A stretch of 60,824 nucleotides of DNA, from contig JBBAVS010000010.1 of the NCBI GenBank assembly GCA_040397585.1, positions 1 through 60,824 of the forward strand, given 5' to 3'. Each line of letters begins with the position of its first letter. Positions within the stretch are counted from its first letter, which is position 1. The position numbers and the translations under genes are program-made. The notes below the pieces were generated by a model. The model made no database searches. It was not told where the DNA came from and saw only the letters and a program-made list of their open reading frames with translations. Of the stretch, positions 1 to 8,082 are shown in pieces. The stretch comes from Pirellulales bacterium. Lineage in GTDB: Bacteria; Planctomycetota; Planctomycetia; Pirellulales; UBA1268.

Positions 1-61
1 GCCCGCACTCGCGCCGAAGCGCCATCCCGCTGCCCGCCCGGATGGCGGGCTCTCAAGATCA

Positions 62-91
62 GCCCGCACTGGCCACGAGGGCAGTGCGGGC
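62..91 (-). terminator. GC-rich hairpin immediately 3' of rpmI (possible terminator or REP-like stem-loop)
   Basis: Perfect 10-bp inverted repeat GCCCGCACTG (62-71) / CAGTGCGGGC (82-91), 6 nt downstream of the rpmI stop. There is no clear U-tract. The left arm GCCCGCACT recurs at 1-9, and a second 7-bp hairpin GCCCGCC/GGCGGGC lies at about 31-49. Confidence 0.35.
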
Positions 92-97
92 GTGTAT

Positions 98-301
98 TCA
101 GTAACTGTACTTGCCGAGCGCGTCGTGGATGCGGTGCTCGTCGGAGGCCGCCAGCACGCCGGTGCCGCGGAGCTTCCGCTTCCGCTTCGCCGTCAGGCGC
201 ACCTGCAGGTGGCTCGTGCCGGCACGGCGGTGCTTCACCTTGCCCGTGGCGGTGATCCGGAAACGCTTCTTGACGCCCTTGTGGGTCTTCTGCTTCGGCA
301 T
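98..301 (-). CDS. rpmI: 50S ribosomal protein L35
   Basis: 67-aa basic protein MPKQKTHKGVKKRFRITATGKVKHRRAGTSH with the typical L35 N-terminus. It lies directly downstream of infC, as in the conserved infC-rpmI arrangement. Confidence 0.95.
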   Translation of the reverse strand: MPKQKTHKGVKKRFRITATGKVKHRRAGTSHLQVRLTAKRKRKLRGTGVLAASDEHRIHDALGKYSY

Positions 302-347
302 GGCAAACTCTCCTGATGCGTGGTGCGGTGCGGGAAACGGTGGCGGT

Positions 348-848
348 TCACTTGGGCGAAAGCGTGCAGACGAGCCGGCGACCCATCTGCTGCGGCGGCG
401 CCTCGACCTTGCTGACGGGCTCGAGCTGTTGGACGATCTGCTTCATCACCCGCTGACCTTCGTCGATGTGGGCGAGTTCACGGCCGCGAAAGACCACCGA
501 GACGACCACCTTGTCCTTGTGGAGCAGGAAGCCCTTCGCCTGGTTGACCTTGAACTCGATGTCGTGCTCGCCCGTCTTGGGACGGAGGCGAATCTCCTTG
601 ATCTTGGCGTGATGAACGTGGGTCTTGTGGTGCTTCTTCTTTTGCTGGTACTTGAACTTGCCGAAGTCCATGATCCGGCAGACGGGCGGCTTCTCGTTGG
701 GCGCCACCTCCACCAGGTCGAGACCCGCTTCCCGCGCGAGGCTCATCGCCTCGTCGGTCGGAATGATGCCGAGCTGTCCGCCGTCGGCCGAAATCACCCG
801 GATCGGCGTGATCCGGATCTGCTCGTTGATGCGATGCTGCTTCTCGAT
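348..848 (-). CDS. infC: Translation initiation factor IF-3, probable non-canonical ATC start
   Basis: The ORF-track protein (348-797) matches the IF-3 N- and C-domains ([22 protein letters not shown]..., [13 protein letters not shown]...). The frame stays open upstream to a TGA at 854-852 and encodes the conserved [19 protein letters not shown] segment. The only initiator-like codon there is ATC at 848, with GGAGG (complement of 857-861) 8 nt upstream. Confidence 0.88.
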   Translation of the reverse strand: MEKQHRINEQIRITPIRVISADGGQLGIIPTDEAMSLAREAGLDLVEVAPNEKPPVCRIMDFGKFKYQQKKKHHKTHVHHAKIKEIRLRPKTGEHDIEFKVNQAKGFLLHKDKVVVSVVFRGRELAHIDEGQRVMKQIVQQLEPVSKVEAPPQQMGRRLVCTLSPK

Positions 849-1018
849 GGCTCACGCCTCCGGCCGCGGATCGGATGACCGCCAGCCGGAACGATGTCGT
901 GCTGCGCGCACACCGGGCCGGCGGATCTCCTGTCGAACATGTGCTGCGGCCGCGCCCTGACGCGGACGAAAGGGGCAATCCCGCATGAAAAGGAGTGTCG
1001 CCGTGAAACCGGCCAGCG

Positions 1019-2647
1019 TCAAGGCGTGCGGGATTCCTGCGGGAGCCGGGCCTGGCGGTCGGGAGAGGTCTCGCGGTCCCCGGCGGGTTTCCCTGCCGAT
1101 TCCCCGCGGGCCGGCAGCTGGATGCCGTCTACGAGCTCCTGGTCGGCCGCCCCGAAGCGCTTCTCCTGCGAGTCCTCCAGCGTGCACGTCACGGCGACTC
1201 GGTCGCCGTCGTCGTCGGTGAGCACGGCGTGGATCCAGCGGAACGGCAGCCCGTCGGCCCGGCCCGTCGCCACCACCCGCACCAGCCTGACCCCGTCGCT
1301 CCGCGTCGCCTCCGACGAGTGCTCGAGCCTGCCGAACTGCCCCGCCAGCGACCGCTCGAGGTCGCGTTCGACCCCAGCGATCGTCGGGGGCGACAGCGAC
1401 GGGGCCCGCGGGAGGGCGATGATCGAACACTGCGCCACCAGCGCCCCGCGATCGACCAGCCTCATCACCAGGCCGTCCGGCCCGTCTTCGATCACCCGCC
1501 AGCGGGCATCGTGCACGAGGTCATAGCGGCCCGCCGCGTCCCGCTGCCAAACGAAGCTCGGCTTGCCGGCGCCACGACGGCGGTTGCCCGAGGCCGCCGG
1601 CTCCGCCGCGGCGTCCGCAACGTCAGCCCGCTCCTCCGTCGCCGTCCGGGCAACGGTGAGCCGCGCCTCGACGTCGAAGCCGGGGGCCACGTGGCTCGCC
1701 TCGCGCCGCTCCTGGATTGTCACCGCGAGATTCGTGATCCCGGCGTCCAGCCGCATCTCGCCAGCGGCCGCCGCGGGAGCGGCATACGTTCCCTCGACGA
1801 CCACGTGGGTCGGCACGCCATCGGCGGCGCCGTCGATGATCCCCGAAAACTTCACCTCCGCGCGGCCGTCGCTGACCTCGACGAGTGTCGCATCGAGGGT
1901 CCCCGCCTCCACGGTGTCGATCGCGAGCAGGCCGGCGACGGCGTCGGCCGGCACCGTCCACGAGCCGCCGATCGGCGGCGCCGATTCCGGCAGCAGCCGG
2001 TCGAGCAGCAGCGGGTCGAACGGCGTCTCCAGCAGGTCGAGTTCCTCGCGGGTGAGGAAGCCCGTGTCGAGGGAGGGTGTGGGGGTCGCGCCCTCGACCG
2101 TCGCCCGCAGCGTGCGGGCGTCGGCCGGCAGGCGGGCCGTGCGGACGGCATCCTCGACCCGCACGTCGGCGGCGGCGTCACGGTAGCGGCGGATCACGCC
2201 CCGTTCCGCTGCGGCGGAGCCGGTCTGCACGAAGTCGAAGCGGGCATCGACCGCGATCGGCCGGCGCACGGGGGGAACGTCGCGGCCCGCCGGCGCGAAG
2301 ATCTCGCCGGCGGCATCGAGCTTGATGCGGATGCGATGCGACGTCGCCACCTCGACGAGCGGCTCAGCGGACGACTCCACGGCGGCGTCCGTCGGCTCAG
2401 CAGTCGCTTCCGGGGCGGCTGCGGCCGGCGCCGGTTCCTCGACTGCGGTCGGGGCGTCGGGCTGGGCCGGGCTGGGCTCCGGCGCGGTCAGCGGCTCGGC
2501 ATCTGCCTGGCGTTCTTCGGCCAGGATGTCCGGTCCGTCACCGTTCGCACCGTCGTCGGCCCGCACGCCCGGGGTTCCGGCCACAAAGGCCGACGCAAGA
2601 AGCATCGTGGCCAGCGATCGCACCCGACCAATGTTCCAGCCCGCCAT
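1019..2647 (-). CDS. Hypothetical secreted protein (signal peptide, Ala/Pro/Glu-rich linker)
   Basis: Internal ATG at 2647 gives MAGWNIGRVRSLATMLLASAFVAGTPGVRADD, a signal-peptide-like N-terminus, followed by a low-complexity APEPSPAQPDAP linker and about 400 aa with coding-like composition. No recognisable domain. The upstream 90 codons of the track ORF are probably not translated. Confidence 0.6.
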   Translation of the reverse strand: MAGWNIGRVRSLATMLLASAFVAGTPGVRADDGANGDGPDILAEERQADAEPLTAPEPSPAQPDAPTAVEEPAPAAAAPEATAEPTDAAVESSAEPLVEVATSHRIRIKLDAAGEIFAPAGRDVPPVRRPIAVDARFDFVQTGSAAAERGVIRRYRDAAADVRVEDAVRTARLPADARTLRATVEGATPTPSLDTGFLTREELDLLETPFDPLLLDRLLPESAPPIGGSWTVPADAVAGLLAIDTVEAGTLDATLVEVSDGRAEVKFSGIIDGAADGVPTHVVVEGTYAAPAAAAGEMRLDAGITNLAVTIQERREASHVAPGFDVEARLTVARTATEERADVADAAAEPAASGNRRRGAGKPSFVWQRDAAGRYDLVHDARWRVIEDGPDGLVMRLVDRGALVAQCSIIALPRAPSLSPPTIAGVERDLERSLAGQFGRLEHSSEATRSDGVRLVRVVATGRADGLPFRWIHAVLTDDDGDRVAVTCTLEDSQEKRFGAADQELVDGIQLPARGESAGKPAGDRETSPDRQARLPQESRTP

Positions 2648-2831
2648 CGGCAGCCTCCCGGAGTCCGTCCATACCGCCCGCGGCCCGGCAGCCGTCGTCC
2701 GGCCACCCCACGGGTTCTTCTTCGTCCGCGAGGCGGGCCCAGCGTCGCCCACCCTCGACATCGCGCCAAAGTTCTCCGCGATATCCCCGACGGCCCTGGG
2801 CAACGAAAGTGTCTGGTGAAACTTTTCCGCT

Positions 2832-2849
2832 GATTTTGCGGACAAAATC
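2832..2849. promoter_or_regulatory. Operator-like palindrome in the AT-rich divergent promoter region
   Basis: GATTTTG-CGGA-CAAAATC is a perfect 7-bp inverted repeat with a 4-nt spacer. It lies in the 536-bp gap between the divergent genes 1019-2647(-) and 3184-4680(+). The surrounding 2810-3030 is locally AT-rich (TTGAAAAAAGC, TATAAAAAGC). Confidence 0.3.
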
Positions 2850-3183
2850 CCTCCCCCCCTGGCCGAAACGAGAATTCTCGCCCCTGCCGGGAGCGTCACA
2901 AACCGTTTCCCACACACGACTTACGGATCGAAGGTGGGCGTCCGCCTGGATGGGTCAATTGAAAAAAGCTCAAGAATCCCAGTTGTCCATGAACCGGTTT
3001 CGAGCCGCCTCCGTATAAAAAGCACGTCCTCAAGCACGGACGGCGGCCAGGGATGTCCGCCATACGCATGGGACGGTGTGTCTCGGTCACGACCCAGTCG
3101 GAGCGAGGCGAATCGCTCGGGCAGTAGGCCCTTGCAGTCGCTGCGCCCCGTCACAACAGCTGGCACGGCCGCCGGCAGGAGTA

Positions 3184-4680
3184 ATGATCATGCGTTCCAG
3201 TGCTCCCAGCGAGAGCTTCATCCACCTGTTCGACGACGTGCCCACCAACGGCCACGCCGACGTGCCGCCTGTGTTCGGGCCCTGCGGCACCATCCCCACG
3301 GGCGAGCAGGTGCTCTCCATCGAGGAAGTGGCCCGCCGATTCAGCGTTTCGACCAAGACGATCTCGCGGTGGCGGGATCACGGCCTCGTCGCCCAGCGCT
3401 ACACCACCGACGGCCGGCGGCGGGTGGGCTTCCTCACCAGCGCGGTCGAGCGGTTCATCCACGACAATCCGCTGCGGATCGAGCGGGGTAGCCGGTTCAG
3501 CCAGCTCTCCGACGAGGAGCACGAGAAGATCGTCTCGTGGGCCCGGCGGCTCGCCGTCGCCGGCGCCTGCCCGGCCGACGTGCACCGCCGGATCGCGGAA
3601 CGTCTCGGCAGGAGCGTGGAGACCATCCGCTACACGCTCAAGCGACACGACCAAGAGCATCCCGACAACGCCGTGTTTCCGGCGACCGACGGGCACCTGC
3701 GTCCGGAGAGCCGCGCCCGCATCTACCAGCACCATCTTGCCGGCGAGGCCGTCGAGTCGATTGCCCGTCGCTACCACCGCTCCAAGGCGAGCATCTATCG
3801 CGTGATCCTCGCGCAGCGGGCCGAGCACGTGATGCAGCTGCCGCTGGACTACATGCCCAACGCGCTGTTCTCGCGGACGAGCGCGGAGAAGGTGGTGGAC
3901 CAGCCGTTCCCGGGCGTTCCCGACGCCAAGCGGGTCCGGCGGCCCAGCGGCCTGCCCGCCTACCTCGCCAGCCTCTATGAGGTGCCGCTGCTCACCCGCG
4001 AGCAGGAGGTCTGGCTGTTCCGCAAGTTCAACTACCTCAAGCACAAGGCGGTGACGCTCCGCGGACAGCTCGACATCGAACGGCCCAGCGCCCGCCTGAT
4101 GGATCAGATCGAGCGGATCTACACCGAGATCGTGGAGCTCAAGAACCGGATCGTGCGGGCGAACCTCCGCCTCGTGGTGTCGATCGCCAAGCGGCGGGTC
4201 TCCCCCGGCGACAGCTTCTTCGACCTCGTCAGCGACGGCAACATGTCGCTGATCCGCGCCGTGGAAAAGTTCGACTACGCCCGCGGCAACAAGTTCAGCA
4301 CCTACGCCTCGTGGGCGATCATGAAGAACTACGCCCGCTCCATCCCCGACGAGCACAAGCACCGCGACCGGTTCCGTGCCGCCGACATGGAGCTGCTCCA
4401 GTCGGCCGCCGACCGCCGGTCGGACGAGCTCCAGGAGCGGATGGCGGCCAACGACCGGCTGGCGCAGGTGGGCAAGTTCCTCGACCGGCTCGATTCCCGG
4501 GAGCAGACGATCATCATCCGCCGCTACGGCCTCGACCACCAGCACGAGCCCCAGACGCTCAAGGAAGTCGGCTCGGCGCTCGGCGTGACCAAGGAGCGGG
4601 TGCGGCAGATCGAGGCCAAGGCCCTGGAGAAGCTCCGCGGGGCCGCCCTCGCCGAGCAGATGCTCCCGGAACTGGAATAA
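3184..4680 (+). CDS. RNA polymerase sigma-70 family factor with a long N-terminal HTH-containing extension
   Basis: The C-terminal half carries sigma regions 2-4: YLASLYEVPLLTREQEVWLFRKFNYLK, DLVSDGNMSLIRAVEKFDYARGNKFSTYASWAIMKNY, and LKEVGSALGVTKERVRQIEAKALEKLR. About 270 N-terminal residues include a MerR/excisionase-like HTH (LSIEEVARRFSVSTKTISRWRDHGL). AGGAG lies at 3176-3180. ATG at 3184 or 3190 is the likely start. Confidence 0.9.
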   Translation: MIMRSSAPSESFIHLFDDVPTNGHADVPPVFGPCGTIPTGEQVLSIEEVARRFSVSTKTISRWRDHGLVAQRYTTDGRRRVGFLTSAVERFIHDNPLRIERGSRFSQLSDEEHEKIVSWARRLAVAGACPADVHRRIAERLGRSVETIRYTLKRHDQEHPDNAVFPATDGHLRPESRARIYQHHLAGEAVESIARRYHRSKASIYRVILAQRAEHVMQLPLDYMPNALFSRTSAEKVVDQPFPGVPDAKRVRRPSGLPAYLASLYEVPLLTREQEVWLFRKFNYLKHKAVTLRGQLDIERPSARLMDQIERIYTEIVELKNRIVRANLRLVVSIAKRRVSPGDSFFDLVSDGNMSLIRAVEKFDYARGNKFSTYASWAIMKNYARSIPDEHKHRDRFRAADMELLQSAADRRSDELQERMAANDRLAQVGKFLDRLDSREQTIIIRRYGLDHQHEPQTLKEVGSALGVTKERVRQIEAKALEKLRGAALAEQMLPELE

Positions 4681-4725
4681 CCGGAACTGGAATAACCGGA
4701 GTTGGGATGACCGGAGCTGGAATGA
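4666..4725 (+). repeat. 15-bp tandem repeat x4, each unit encoding P-E-L-(E/G)-stop in frame with the sigma gene
   Basis: Units are CCGGAACTGGAATAA (4666-4680, the real gene end), CCGGAACTGGAATAA (4681-4695), CCGGAGTTGGGATGA (4696-4710) and CCGGAGCTGGAATGA (4711-4725). Confidence 0.9.
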
Positions 4726-4777
4726 CGCGGTGCCGGCTTCGTGGCGGCCGGTCTGCCGTGGGGGTATTCTTGGCCGC

Positions 4778-7075
4778 ATGAACCGCCTCCTGTTTCATCG
4801 TGCCGCGGCCCTGCTCGCGATCGTGTCCGCCGCCGGCTCCGCAGGCAGCGCCGCGGACCGGCCGTTCGACGGCTGGCAGGCCCTGCGGGTGATCCCGCTC
4901 GAGGGGCGTGCCGACCGGCTGATCGTCGCCGATCTCGGCGCCGACGGGCGTGACGACGTGATCGTGGTTAACCCGCGGCAGGCGCGGCTCGATCTCTACC
5001 GCTGGCTGCCGGAGGCAGAACGGAAACGCGACGCCACCGGCGATCCCGATCGTCCCAACGAACTGCCGCTGGCGGCCGACTGGACCCACGGCGAGGTGCC
5101 GATCGACGAGCTGCCGGTCGATGCCGTCGCCCACGACGTCGATGGCGACGGCCGGCCGGAGCTGCTCGTGCTCACCACCCCGTCGAACCGCATCTCCATC
5201 TACACGCAGGCGGCCGACAAGCCGATCGACGCGAAGGGGGCCTGGAAGAAGACCGGCGAGTGGAACCTGCTCGCCGGCACGCCCACCGGCAAGTCGGGAT
5301 GCCTGCTCGTCCGCGACCTGTCCGGTGGCCGGCACGAGCTCCTCGTGAGCTGCGAGCAGGGCATCCAGCAGCTGCCGCTCGCCCGCGGCAGCCGGGCCCA
5401 GTGGCTCGCGCCGCGGGAGAGTCGCGGCCGCATCGACTGGTATCTCGCCGATCTCGACGGCGACGGCGCCCAGGATCTCGTGGAGTGGTCGAGTGTGGCC
5501 CGGCAGGTCGTCCGCTGGTATCCGTGCGGAGGCGACGGCAGCCTCCTTCCGGCCCAGACGCTCCACGACCAGCCGATCGAAGGGCTGCAGATCGGCTCGC
5601 GCCCCTCGGGGGCGGCCGACATCTATCTGCTCGGCGGCTCCGACAAGGGCGTACTCAGGCGCTACCAGGTCGCCGGCGGCGAGCCGACCGACGTCGGCCG
5701 GCAGGACGCGCTCCCGCTCAGCGCCGCGGCCCGCCGCAGCTGGTGCGGCATGCTGCTCGGCACGGGCAGCGACGCGACGCCGGCCATCGTCGCGGTCGAT
5801 GCGGCCCAGCCGCGGCTCCGGCTCCATCGGTTCGGCGCTGGGGGCTGGCAGGCCGAGGAGTCGTTCCCGGCGATCGGCAGCGTGAAGGCGCTCGCCGCCC
5901 CGGCCGGCGCGGCCGGCACTCTGCTCGTCTGGGCGAAGGATGCCGCCGACCTCCATCGCTGCCGCTGGGAGAACGGCCGCCTCACCTATCCGCAGCCCTG
6001 GGAACGCGAGGGCAAAGACCGCAAGATCGTGGCCCTCGACTCGGTCGGCTCGACCGTCTGGTGGGCGCAGCGGGTGGGCTCCGATCTCGATCTGTTCGTC
6101 TGGCCCGCCGACAAGCCGGAGCCGGTCGTCACCCACTATGCCGGCCTCGGCCCCAAGGTGGAGCAGGTCGTATGGCTCGGTGGCGATGCCCTGCTCGTGC
6201 AAGACGCCTACGCGACGGCTGCCAAGTTCGTGACGCTCGTCGAGGGCAAGCCTGACGTTCAGACACCGGCGCTCCTCGCCAAGGCCGATCTCTCCGAGTA
6301 CCTGCTGCTCGAGGGTGATGGCCGGCTCCGCAAGGCCCGGCTCACCGATGGCGTGCTCCAGTGGCTCGGCGACGACCTCCATCCCGTCGATCAGGTGATG
6401 CTCACGGAGGGGCAGAAGATCGCCAGCTACCTGCCGCTGCCGTCGCCCGCCGGCGCGCCGGCCGAAGCCTGGGCGCTCGAGCAAGGAGGCGGGTTCCTCC
6501 ACCGGCTGCGGGCCGACGAGGCGGGCGTGATGCGGGTTGCCGCGAGCGTCAAGCCTCCGGCCGGCACCGGCCTGCGCTGGGATCCCGTCCTCGGCCTCAT
6601 GCTCGTCGACCAAGACCGCGTGGTGCGACTCGTGGCGGGGCGACCCTGGGAACTCAAGTTGCTCGAGAGCATCGACGGCCGCATCGGCCGCCGGAGCGGC
6701 GTCAGCGAGTCGACGATCCACCGGATTCTCGCCACCGACCTCGACGGCGACCACTGCGACGACGTCGCGCTCTGCGACGACCGCAAGCACCAGCTCACCG
6801 CACTCCTCCGCCGGCCCGAGGGCCTGCAGCGGTCGGTGACCTGGAAGGTGTTCGAGGACCGCAAGTATCCCTATGACGGGGGCGAGTCGAAGGACATGGT
6901 GCCCGAACCACGGCGGATCGCGGGGCTCGATGCCGACGGCGACGGCGACCGCGACCTCGCGATGATCAGCCAGGACCGGCTGGTCGTCTATCTCTCGGCG
7001 GCCGATCCCGGCGAGCAACGCCCCGGGCCCGACGATCAGGGCCCCGCCACCCCGCACGACGAGGCCGGACGATGA
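4778..7075 (+). CDS. FG-GAP/VCBS repeat-containing secreted protein
   Basis: ATG at 4778 gives the signal peptide MNRLLFHRAAALLAIVSAAGSAGSAADRP. Repeated Ca-binding-type motifs DLGADGRDDVIVVN, DVDGDGRPELLV, DLDGDGAQDLV, DLDGDHCDDV and DADGDGDRDLA are typical of FG-GAP/VCBS beta-propeller blades. Confidence 0.8.
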   Translation: MNRLLFHRAAALLAIVSAAGSAGSAADRPFDGWQALRVIPLEGRADRLIVADLGADGRDDVIVVNPRQARLDLYRWLPEAERKRDATGDPDRPNELPLAADWTHGEVPIDELPVDAVAHDVDGDGRPELLVLTTPSNRISIYTQAADKPIDAKGAWKKTGEWNLLAGTPTGKSGCLLVRDLSGGRHELLVSCEQGIQQLPLARGSRAQWLAPRESRGRIDWYLADLDGDGAQDLVEWSSVARQVVRWYPCGGDGSLLPAQTLHDQPIEGLQIGSRPSGAADIYLLGGSDKGVLRRYQVAGGEPTDVGRQDALPLSAAARRSWCGMLLGTGSDATPAIVAVDAAQPRLRLHRFGAGGWQAEESFPAIGSVKALAAPAGAAGTLLVWAKDAADLHRCRWENGRLTYPQPWEREGKDRKIVALDSVGSTVWWAQRVGSDLDLFVWPADKPEPVVTHYAGLGPKVEQVVWLGGDALLVQDAYATAAKFVTLVEGKPDVQTPALLAKADLSEYLLLEGDGRLRKARLTDGVLQWLGDDLHPVDQVMLTEGQKIASYLPLPSPAGAPAEAWALEQGGGFLHRLRADEAGVMRVAASVKPPAGTGLRWDPVLGLMLVDQDRVVRLVAGRPWELKLLESIDGRIGRRSGVSESTIHRILATDLDGDHCDDVALCDDRKHQLTALLRRPEGLQRSVTWKVFEDRKYPYDGGESKDMVPEPRRIAGLDADGDGDRDLAMISQDRLVVYLSAADPGEQRPGPDDQGPATPHDEAGR

Positions 7076-8028
7076 AGATGCGGTGCCTGCTGCTCGTGGC
7101 CGGAATCTCGTGCGCCGCGGTCCACGCGGCCGAGATGGTGACCGTGACGGTCGTGGGCGGCAGCCGCGTGACGGCCCCGCTCCTCCGGCAGAGCGACGAC
7201 GGCGTGGTGCTCGACCTCGGCTTCGAGGCCCTGCAGATTCCGGCGAAGAAGCTGCTCGACGTCCGACCCGAGGCCCAGGCGGCCGACGCCGGCGACGCGC
7301 GGCAGTACGACATCTTCCGCACCGGCCGGCTGGAAGCCCGCGAGGTGCCCGAACTGGTGAAGCGGTTCGGCGAGGCGGTGGTGATGGTGCGGAATCCCGG
7401 CGGTCTCGGCACGGGCTTCCTGATCAGCCCCGACGGCCACCTGGTGACCAACTACCACGTGGTCGAGAACAACACCCGGATCCAGGTCACGCTGTTCCGC
7501 AAGACCGACAAGGGCTTCGAGAAGCACGAGTATCGCAAGGTGAAGATCGTCGCCCTCCAGCCGCTCCGCGACCTCGCCATCCTCCAGCTCGACCCTGAGG
7601 AGACGAAGGGGCGGCTGCCGGAGCCCGTCGTGATCAACGACCGAGACGATCTCCGCGTCGGTGACCTGGTGTTCGCGATCGGTAACCCGGCCGGCCTGGA
7701 GCGGAGCGTGACGCAGGGGATCGTCAGCAGCACCACGCGAACGATCGACCAGATGCGGCTCATCCAGACCGACGCGGCCATCAATCCGGGCAACAGCGGC
7801 GGGCCGATCTTCAATGCCCGCGGCGAGGTGGTCGGCGTCGCCTGCGCGGGTGCGGCCGTGTTCGAGGGCCTGGCCTTCGGCATCCCTGCCAACGAACTGA
7901 TCGACTTCCTCGTCCATCGCGACACGTATCCCTACGACGAGTCGCAGCCCCAGAACGGCGTCACCTACCTGCCTCCGCCCCATCAGCCCGGTGGGCCGGC
8001 GGCGGAAGGGGCGAAGGCCACGCCGTAG
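7072..8028 (+). CDS. Trypsin-like (S1C/HtrA-type) serine protease without a PDZ domain
   Basis: Signal peptide, then the catalytic-triad context TNYHVV (His), DLAILQL (Asp) and NPGNSGGPIF (Ser). The start overlaps the upstream stop by 4 bp (ATGA), implying translational coupling. Confidence 0.9.
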   Translation: MKMRCLLLVAGISCAAVHAAEMVTVTVVGGSRVTAPLLRQSDDGVVLDLGFEALQIPAKKLLDVRPEAQAADAGDARQYDIFRTGRLEAREVPELVKRFGEAVVMVRNPGGLGTGFLISPDGHLVTNYHVVENNTRIQVTLFRKTDKGFEKHEYRKVKIVALQPLRDLAILQLDPEETKGRLPEPVVINDRDDLRVGDLVFAIGNPAGLERSVTQGIVSSTTRTIDQMRLIQTDAAINPGNSGGPIFNARGEVVGVACAGAAVFEGLAFGIPANELIDFLVHRDTYPYDESQPQNGVTYLPPPHQPGGPAAEGAKATP

Positions 8029-8082
8029 CGGAACCGTCCGGCGTCGCCGGCCAGGGATCTCTCCATCGCGAAAGGATTCGTC

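Noticed and set aside
1-97. rplT (L20) expected downstream of rpmI
   Set aside because: No L20-like reading frame starts in 1-97. The only minus-strand ATG gives MALRRECG, which is not L20-like. The stretch instead holds two GC hairpins. rplT may lie beyond the window edge or elsewhere.
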